From Eledone cirrhosa (lineage: Eukaryota): a DNA stretch of 64,000 nucleotides. The DNA lies in assembly GCA_964016885.1 (NCBI GenBank), contig OZ024741.1, forward strand, positions 307,830,001 to 307,894,000, in the 5' to 3' direction. The translations under genes and the position numbers were made by a program. The notes beneath the pieces were generated by a model. It was not told where the DNA came from and searched no databases. It worked only from the letters and a program-made list of their open reading frames with translations. The first letter of the stretch is position 1. The number at the start of each line of letters is the position of its first letter. Shown here piece by piece: positions 54,105-64,000 of the stretch.

Positions 54105-54563
54105 TGTATGATGCAATCCCAACTCAGATGGGCTGAACGTGTCCTACGGATAACTGAGGACCCCACACCCAATGTATTATTATTCAGTCAACTTCATAAT
54201 GATACGTGTAATGTAGGCCGGCCGTTAGACAAGTATAAAGACAAAATGGATAACAATCTTAAATCTGTGAACATACCTCTTACGATTTTTGAAGCCCTAG
54301 CTGCTGGCTCTAGAAAATGGAGGACTGTCTGTTATGACGATATAAAGAGCTTTGAAAAACCCTCGTCAGATCCATCTTTGTGATCTATGATCTAACACCA
54401 AGCTCCGATCAAACATTCCATCTTGCTCTGCTCAAAATCCTGTCATCTGCACTAAATGCGAAGTGATGTGTAAATCAGCAGCTGGACTAAGGTGTCATTT
54501 AAGGCATAACCATAAACACTGCTAAACCCTCATACCTCGAAATGCGACGAGAGAGTCCATCAT
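54105..54563 (+). pseudogene. RTE-clade LINE 3' end
   Basis: QLRWAERVLR..P..LLFSQL..GRPLDKYKD..KWR (RTE ORF C-terminus), a C2H2-like remnant near 54447-54512, short tail into (TA)n. Confidence 0.8.
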
Positions 54564-54731
54564 ATATATATATAGGAAAATGTTTAACCCCGACAGCAGA
54601 GCTCAAGCAGTTTCGACGGCTATTTCTCTGCCGTCGGGGTTAAACATTTTCCTATTACCCACTCTACTACCCTAAGTATTGAGTACTCTTGTGCGTTATG
54701 GTCCATCTGGTTCCTTACCACACTTCCTTCG

Positions 54732-54795
<64 letters not shown>

Positions 54796-55983
54796 AATCA
54801 TATACATACATATATATGTGTATGTGTGTGCGCACACGTGCGTGCTTATGCGTCTGTGTATGCAGTTATACTTATATATATATTTACTCGGTGTCATCAC
54901 AGTCTATTACCATTAGTTAATAAAATAATTGTCCTAGACATTAATTAATCCGCCCTTCGTCTCGTACTTCTCAGCGGAGAGAGATGGGAAAATTGTCCGC
55001 ACACGTCCGTAATGTATTGTAGTTTGTGTTGCGGTAAATTTCGTAAGAATCACATAAAGGACATTATTTATAGATAGTAGTAATACTTTAAATACCGAAA
55101 CACTAAAGACACCACAGTGTATAATGTTTTAAATGTAATGAAATATCTTATCTGGTAACTTAATGAGAATATTGGTTCTGCTTTGCTTTGGAAACATCAG
55201 CGATGTTAGATAGAGCTAATGGTGTGTTAATTTTTCGTTGGTTTGCATTATTTATTAACCGTAAGTCTAGAATACAAGTGATTCTTGATTAAATTTAATG
55301 CTGAGAAAATCTATTCACGTTAGAAAGCGTTTGGAAACAGTGACGCAATATTCAATGCGCAATTCCTCGAAAATGAATATATATTCCTGTATACACATAG
55401 GATTTACAAACTTCTAAAGTAAATAATACATTATTGAATTTAGATATCAAATAATTATCTAATGGTAAATAGACTAATTCATGTTGCAAAAAATCACAAG
55501 CTTCATATGGCATTACATTAAACGAAATTTCGCATATTCGTAATTTGAGCTCAGCTTCATTAAATCTCGAAGCCACTTTTGTAATTGATCCAAAAGATTT
55601 AAACGTTCTGTTGCACATTCCACCGTTTGCTGCAGTTTATCTTCCTTACGGGTGAGAATCCCAAAACCTAACCACGTAGCTAGGCTCGTTCACCGTTCAA
55701 GGGAAATATTTAATTGTTAACTAACTTATACGTATTAAGTGATTGTTTTGAACATGGGAAGACCAGACTGAACTAACTAAATACATATTCCCTCTTCTCT
55801 GGCTCTATGAATAAATATTGTTTGTACAGGTTAGGGTTTGGTAAAATAACAGTCACAACATCTCTCTGTGTGAGTGTGTATATGTGAGGGTGATTAATTA
55901 GACAGGGAATTAAACAAGACGACACAGAATGTTTAAATAATCAAACAAATATGACAGATGAAGTATAATTATATTACAGGACA

Positions 55984-56095
<112 letters not shown>

Positions 56096-56243
56096 AATAT
56101 ATATATATATACAAAGAAGAGATAGGAGGAAGGGCAGGTAGGAGGATACTAATACAAGGGGTTGATGTATACTTATGCACAGCTATGAATATAAATTCGT
56201 ATATTTATATACGTACATGTATACCCATACATTCCTCCATACA

Positions 56244-56607
56244 TACATGGGAGGCATTCCGCCGGTTACGACGATGAGTGGTCCAGTTGCTCCGATCAAC
56301 GGAACAGCCAACTCGTGAAATTTACGAGCAAGTGGCTGAGCATTCCACAAACACGCGTAACCTTAACGTAGTTGTCAGGGAGATTCGGTGTGACTCAGAA
56401 TATGACAAGGCTGACTGTTCGAAATACAGGTACAACTCAATTTTGCCAACTGAGTGTAAAGGAGGAATACGAAATAAAGTGTCTTCCTCAAGGACACAAC
56501 GTGCTGCCGAGAATCGAACTCTCGTCCTTACGATTGTGGGCCGAAATCCCTAACCACAGAGCCGAAATCCCTAACCACAGAGCCGAAATGCCTAACCACC
56601 TTCACAG
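56244..56607 (-). mobile_element. SINE family B full-length, with triplicated 21-bp A-box segment
   Basis: B-box GAGTTCGATTC on minus; GCCGAAATCCCTAACCACAGA x3 at 56540-56600; homologous to 17609-17940. Confidence 0.8.
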
Positions 56608-56650
56608 AAATATGGAATGCTTCACGAATTTGCGTCTCATCCTTGCGCAG
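56608..56650 (-). pseudogene. U6: U6 snRNA 3' fragment (retropseudogene)
   Basis: Minus CTGCGCAAGGATGAGACGCAAATTCGTGAAGCATTCCATATTT matches the 3' part of metazoan U6 at 41 of 43 positions against the human sequence as recalled. Confidence 0.9.
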
Positions 56651-56800
56651 TATTTGAACAGTAATACATAATTTATCAACTGACAAACCTTTAATATCAT
56701 TTAATAAGTTTCCACATTATTGAAGAGGATTAAGCTCCTAGCGCTGGAAAGCTTACCAAGGGCACAATAAATAGACACATATATAATATATATATATATA

Positions 56801-56873
<73 letters not shown>

Positions 56874-57144
56874 TGGTGTGTGTGTGTTCATGTATGTCTC
56901 TGTGAGTGAGCGTGTGAGCGTGCGTCTGTCTATGTCTATATGTTTTTGCGCATGTATGCAGATATACATAAATACATACATACATTCAAACATACATACA
57001 TGCATACCTACATACATAAACACACATAGATCCAAACATTCATACATACACATACATACATACATTCACACATACATACATACAAACATACATACACACA
57101 TACATACATACACACACACACACATACATACATACATACATACA

Positions 57145-57178
<34 letters not shown>

Positions 57179-57542
57179 CCTACCTACCTACATACATACA
57201 TACATACATACATACATACATACATACATAGGTACACACATTCTTTCATGCTACAGGCAGACATTCGTGGCTAAACAAACACTTGAAACTTGACAAGATT
57301 CAATAGCGTTCTTTACCTGATATTGCTTTGATCTTCTTTCTGCAAGTGGTGTGTCACAAAAAATCGTAATAAATGATTACCAGTGTAGGCAATAACTATA
57401 CAATATCACACACATACAACACACATACAACACACAGATAGACACACACACTCACACACACATACAACACACACTCACACACACACTCACACACTCACAC
57501 ACTCACACACACACACACATACATATATATACATATATATGC

Positions 57543-57579
<37 letters not shown>

Positions 57580-57622
57580 TACATACATGTACACACACAC
57601 ACGCACACATATATATATATAA

Positions 57623-57659
<37 letters not shown>

Positions 57660-57872
57660 ACGAAGGAGTTGTGGTAAGGAACCAGATGGACCATAACGCA
57701 CCAGAGTACTCAATACTAGCCGTCGAAACGGCTTGAGCTCTGGCGTCGGGGTCCTACTTTTTCCTATGCGACTGGCCGATGTTAAAGGCAGCTAGTTGGT
57801 CAGTCGTCCTCTTTGTCTCTGTCTCTGATTTTTCGGACCCATGGTTTTTACATATTCATTTGTTATATTCCA

Positions 57873-57930
57873 ATACTTGATTATATCACCGGATTCATAT
57901 GGAACCCGGTCATTGAAATGATCATAGTAT
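57873..57930 (+). ncRNA. Decayed hammerhead motif
   Basis: ATAC-TTGATTA-T-..ACCGG..CCGGT..-GAAA-TGATCA-TA-GTAT then AATAAA. Confidence 0.45.
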
Positions 57931-57962
57931 AATAAACCTTTCAGTCCAGCCTCCTGTTATTT

Positions 57963-58046
<84 letters not shown>

Positions 58047-58055
58047 ATACATATA

Positions 58056-58113
<58 letters not shown>

Positions 58114-58147
58114 TAGATAGATATATGTATATATATGTATATATATG

Positions 58148-58229
<82 letters not shown>

Positions 58230-58384
58230 TATATAATCCGTACTAGCACCACCAACTACAAAAACAAAGACGGTTGAACTGCTTTACGTTGAGTACTCTC
58301 CATATTATTACATTAAGATTGACAATACGGAATTGACCAGCTCTATCCAGTGGTGAACCTCAAACCTGAATAAATATATATATA

Positions 58385-60420
58385 TAACAACTATAATATT
58401 ATAAATAAGGAAGCTAAAGAATTAGGTAGTTTGTAAAAATAGACAATAGAACAGAAAAACTTGCTAAACGTAATGCCTATATCACCCTCAGAGATCAGAA
58501 ACATGATTTTATTAATCGTGCTAGTTGTAGATTAATCAACCCTGCTAAGACTGAAATCGGTCTTGCTAGCAAAAAAATATTAAATAATATAAATAAACAT
58601 ATTAGAAGTAAGTCTGAATTACTCCAATGGATAAATAGCTCTTACGTAGTACATTGGTTTAATAATATTAAAGATAAAAATAGTTCTAGATTCACCCAAT
58701 TTGACATTGTAGACTTCTACCCGTCTATTACTCACCCTCTTTTATCGAAAGCCTTAAATTTCATTAGAAAGTTTATCAATATTTTTGATATTGAAGAGAA
58801 TGTCATTTTGCATGCGAGAAACACTTTACTATTTACTAATAATGACACTTGGGTAAAAATATCTAACCCAGAGAACCCATTCGATGTCTCAATGGGTTCT
58901 TTTGACAGTGCAGACGAGTGTGATATAGTCGGCCTATTCCTCCTACACACACTTAAAGAGAAATTCCCTAACCATACCTTTGGGCTTTATCGCGACGATG
59001 GTCTAATACTTTCCCATACCACTATAGGCCATAACTTAGATAGATTAAGGAAAGACTTAATAAAAACTTTCGCTAGTTTTAATCTTAAAATTACCATTGA
59101 CACTAACCTTTCCAATGTTAATTTTCTAGATATAAACCTAGATCTGCCTACTGCTTCTTATAAACCGTACCATAAACCTAATGAAAATTTAAAATATATA
59201 AATAAAGGCTCTTGCCATCCTCCTATAGTTTTTTAAAATCTTATCCCTAATATTAGTCGTAGGATCTCCACCCTCTCTTCCTCAGAAGCTATTTTCAATA
59301 AGGCATCCCCCTACTATAATAAAGCCCTTCAAAATAGCGGATTTAGCAAACCGATTAAGTACATACCCTTTAATACTAACTTTAAACATAATAATAGGAA
59401 AAGTAAAATAATCTGGTTCACAACCCCCTACTCTTTAGCAGTTAAAACTAATGTAGGCAAAAAATTCCTAGAGCTCTTAGATAAACATTTCCCTAGAACA
59501 CATAGATACTAAAAAGATCTTCAATAGAAACTGTGTCAAAATCAGCTACTCCTGCGCTCCCCCTATTAAATCTTATATCCTCAATAAGAAATACCCACAG
59601 GACATCAAAATTGCTCCTGTAGAGTCAAAGGTGATTGCCCATTACAAGGTAAATGCAACACCAAAGCCATTGTATATGCGGCTAAAGTGACAACCACCAG
59701 CAACAATCTACCAGCCACCAGCCAACGATATGTGGGTATGACACAAGACAAATTCAAAACGCGTTATTACTCACATGTCGCATCTTTCCAACATCCTGAA
59801 AAAAGATTTACAACAGCTCTGGATAGCAGAATATGGGACTTGAAAGACCAAGGTATCCAATATAAATTAGATTGGTCAATTTTGAACCAATCTAAAGAAT
59901 ATGCAAGAGGAACAAGAAGATGCGCACTCTGCATAAGTGAAAAATATTGGATTTTACAGAACCTTAAATCACCAAAAACCTGCCTAAATGCAAAAACAGA
60001 AATTTTCACCAGTTGGCCACACATGAAATCACACTTGCTTTCCAGCTCATATAAACTTAACTCACTTTCAGATACTTATCCTCCATAAACTCTTGTTCTT
60101 CACTTTCCTTAAATTACCCTCTTTACAGACTTCTCTTTCTGATTTACTTTTATTTTTATTTTTAACTTTATTTTTACTTCACATCCACCAGTGACCCCCC
60201 TCCCTTCTTTTTGATTCATTTACTTTATATCTTCACAATTTTACATATTTTACTTCCCCATTTTCTTCCACTACCTGATATCACTTGACACTTGCAATTT
60301 CAACTCCAGATATATTCTGTTGTCTCTCAGCCGCTTTTATGTATATTTACTTGCGTATAATTTGTACTCATTTATTCATACGGCTGGTTTTTATTTTTTT
60401 ATATTGTATCTATGCGTGTG
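58385..60420 (+). pseudogene. Penelope-like element (Naiad-like), RT plus GIY-YIG, with stops and frameshifts
   Basis: CRLINPAKTEIG, QFDIVDFYPSI, FDVSMGSFDSA, LYRDDGL, NFLDINLDL, IWFTTPYS, CSCRVKGDCPLQGKC, YVGMTQDKFKTRY, CALCISEK. Confidence 0.92.
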
Positions 60421-60557
60421 AGCGTGCATGTGTGTGTATCCGTGTTTGTATATGTATACGAATGCATTCGTATATGCGCGTGTGTGTGTATATGTGCGTG
60501 TGTATGTATGTTTTTATATCTATGTTTTTTACATACTTATGTATGTGTGTGTGTGTG

Positions 60558-60639
<82 letters not shown>

Positions 60640-60785
60640 TGTGTATGTATGTGTGTATATATATGTACATATAGTCGCGTGCGTGCGTGTGATTAGATGT
60701 ACATGTACGTATAATTATATGCGCTTCGTGTGTATGTATGCGCGCCTTTGTATGTATGTACGCATGTATGTGCTTTTGTCTGTAC

Positions 60786-60853
<68 letters not shown>

Positions 60854-61786
60854 ATATATATATATATACATATCTAAAAGTTGGTAACGTATAAAAACAA
60901 AAACTCCTTGGTTGTTGGCTGTCGAACTGAATGTATACAATTTCAACATCTGATTGTACTGCTAACCCTGTCTTGAAGTATTAAAAAAGTCCAATACGTA
61001 GCAGAACTTGCATTAAAGTACTCTCGGCTCTCGAATAATCGTTACCCCCAACCCTCACTTATTAATATTTTAGAATTTTCCAATACTTCCCCACCTCGCT
61101 ATATGCCAATGCCCCACTTCTTAAATTTTGTTAATCTATCTCCAGTGAAATTTTATTTAAAGTGGTAGCATTCCTGTGTCAATCAATTTTCTTTATACAT
61201 TAAAAAACATTATACATTACAAGTACATTACAAGAAATCCCATACGTTATAAAACAAATAGAATGGGATGATGTAAACTAAACGATTAATTCTGGGGTTT
61301 TTTAAATCGACTAATTCTGTTTTTTATAAATCAATGAAGAAGATAGAAACAGGGCCAATAATAATCAGAGCACCGGGTATGATAAAAAAAAAAATATGAA
61401 CAAAAATATGGAAACCATATCAGGGTTCACAACATCACACACTATCCAGAGAATAGTCTTGTTAGAAATATAACACAGCCTTGAAAGTCATTATCGATTC
61501 AGTGGTAGAGCTCATATACAATAGTCTTCTCATACAACACACCCTATACAATAAGCAAGTAATAACATTGACAATGTATAATATATTCTTCAAAATTAAT
61601 ACCCAATAAAATAACAAACCTCCGTTATACACAATAATCACAACAAAAGAAACACTGAAATACCATAGGAAACTACAGTTTAAACAGAACAACACAAATA
61701 TGAACCTAACGCTGCATATAACTCAAGACCATAGAGGTACATCAGGTGATTCTATAGAAAATCACAAGAGATTACCGAAGGAATAA

Positions 61787-62006
61787 TGATTTCTAGTATA
61801 GGCACAAGGCCAGTAATTTAGGGGCGAGGAGAGGAAAGTCGATTAAATCGACTCCAGTGCATTACTGGTACTTTATTTTATCGACCCCGTAAGGATGAAA
61901 GGCAAAGCTAACCTCGGCGGGATTTGAACTCAGACCGCAAAGGGTCGTAATTCTATGCTGCAAAGCATGGTGTCTGATGCTCTACCGATACTATCAACCC
62001 ACTGCC
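61787..62006 (-). mobile_element. SINE family A, full-length
   Basis: Reverse complement collinear with 2560-2750. Confidence 0.85.
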
Positions 62007-62029
62007 CTGATTACTGAAGAAATAATAAG

Positions 62030-62060
62030 AAGCAGCAACAGCAGCAGCAGCAGCAGCAGC

Positions 62061-62146
<86 letters not shown>

Positions 62147-63156
62147 AAACAACAACAACAACAACAGCAGCAGCAGCAGCAGCAACAACAACAGCAACAA
62201 CAACAGCAACAACAACAACAGAAACAACAACAACAACAACAACAGCAGCAGCAGCAGCAGCAGCAGCAATAATGATGATGTTGATGATGATGTCGATGAT
62301 TTCTACTTTAGGCACAAGGGCAGCAGTAATTTTGGAGTAATGGAACTGTCGATTAAATCGACCCCAGTATTAAAAGTTAATTGAAGTCTCTGGGATTTGA
62401 ACTCAGAACGTAAACCGCTGGAACAAATATGACGAGGCATGTTGTCTGGCACTCTACTGATTCTGCCAAATAAAAACAATAACACCAGAAGAACCATATC
62501 CAAGTAACATAAAGAGTAGGACACAAATATGACAAACAACCAACAACCACAAACAATAGCAACAACATTAACCCTAGCAACGACAACATCCACTCTATCA
62601 AGGAGACAATAATAACAACTAAGACAACAACATTAACCCTAGCAACAACAACAATAACAACGACGACGACCGCCACCACCACCACCACCACCACCACCAC
62701 CACAACGACGATGACGATGGTGACAACGACGACAACGACAACGACGACAACGGCAACAACAACAACGACGACGACGACGACAACAACAACAACAACGACA
62801 ACAACAACGACAACAACAACAATGACGACAACGACAACAACAACAATGACGACAACGACGACGACGACGACGACAACAACAACAACGACGACGACGACAA
62901 CAACAACGACGACGACGACGACGACAACAACAACGACGACGACGACGACGACAACAACAACGACGACGACGACGACAACAACAACAACGACGACGAGGAC
63001 GACGACAACAACAACAACGACGACGACGACGACGACAACAACAACGACGACGACGACGACGACAACAACAACAACGACGACGACGACAACAACAACGACG
63101 ACGACGACGACAACAACGACGACGACGACAACGACGACAACAACAACCAGAACGAC

Positions 63157-63188
<32 letters not shown>

Positions 63189-63259
63189 CGACAACAACAA
63201 CGACGACGACGACGACAACAACGACGACGACGACGACGACAACAACAACGATGATGACG

Positions 63260-63293
<34 letters not shown>

Positions 63294-63565
63294 CGACGAC
63301 GACAACAACGACGACAACAACAACAAAGATGATGACGACAACAACAACAACAACAACAACGACGATGACGACGACGACGACGACGACGACAACAACAACA
63401 ACAACGACGACGACAACAACAACGACGACGACGACGACGACGACAACAACAACGACGACGACGACGACAACAACGACGACGACGACGACGACAACAACAA
63501 CGATGATGACGACGACAACAACAACAACAACAACAACAACAACGACGACGACGACAACAACGACG

Positions 63566-63596
<31 letters not shown>

Positions 63597-63738
63597 CGAC
63601 GACGACAACAACAACAACGACGACGACGACAGCAACAACAACGACAACAACAACAACGACGACAACAACAACAACAACAACAACAACAACGACGACGACG
63701 ACAGCAACAACAACGACAACAACAACAACGACGACGAC
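62030..63738. repeat. (AAC/GAC/AGC)n trinucleotide fields interrupted by a SINE A remnant (62300-62469)
   Basis: Directly visible. Confidence 0.95.
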
Positions 63739-64000
63739 ACTATAGCAAAGATTACAATAAGACACATTCAGAGAATGTCTACTATTTTACTACTTCTACC
63801 AGCCAACAAAATGTTAGCTCCATCCGAAACAAAACAAAGCACAGGCAATGGTGCGTGTAAAATGTGAAAATAAGTGTGACATGTGGCCGGGTATGCCCCC
63901 CTTGCCCTACTCTACCATATAGACACACTTTTCAGTGTATCTTTCTTCACCCCCAGTGTGCAGTGACAATACTGGAAATTTGGTGTGTGTGTGTGTGTGA

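Noticed and set aside
62377-63767. Poly-T/V/L ORFs of 344-462 aa
   Set aside because: (AAC/GAC)n microsatellite.

Overview
AT-rich, microsatellite-saturated eukaryotic DNA with no convincing host protein-coding gene. The repeat families suggest a coleoid cephalopod such as Octopus (inference). Nearly all recognisable content is retroelement-derived: one structurally complete but defective Ty3/Gypsy LTR retrotransposon (10848-15745), four Penelope-like element (PLE) fragments, fragments of RTE, Tx1/L1 and R4/Dong-type LINEs, two tRNA-derived SINE families and a U6 snRNA 3' fragment fused to a SINE. The main hidden signal is a dense population (about 20 intact or decayed copies) of type I hammerhead ribozyme (HHR) motifs in short non-coding elements inserted into (TA)n tracts. 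The best case is a near-identical array of about 5.8 x 615 bp (35379-38974) in which each unit carries one minus-strand HHR with a non-canonical U3-A8 core (UUGACAA). This is a retrozyme-like element predicted to yield 615-nt self-cleaved, possibly circular, RNAs. Related 469-bp and 662-bp tandem units and recurrent variant cores (UUGANAA, CCGANGA, CAGAAGA) point to a diversified ribozyme-retroelement system, probably mobilised by PLE enzymes. All structures were folded by eye; none has been tested computationally or experimentally.
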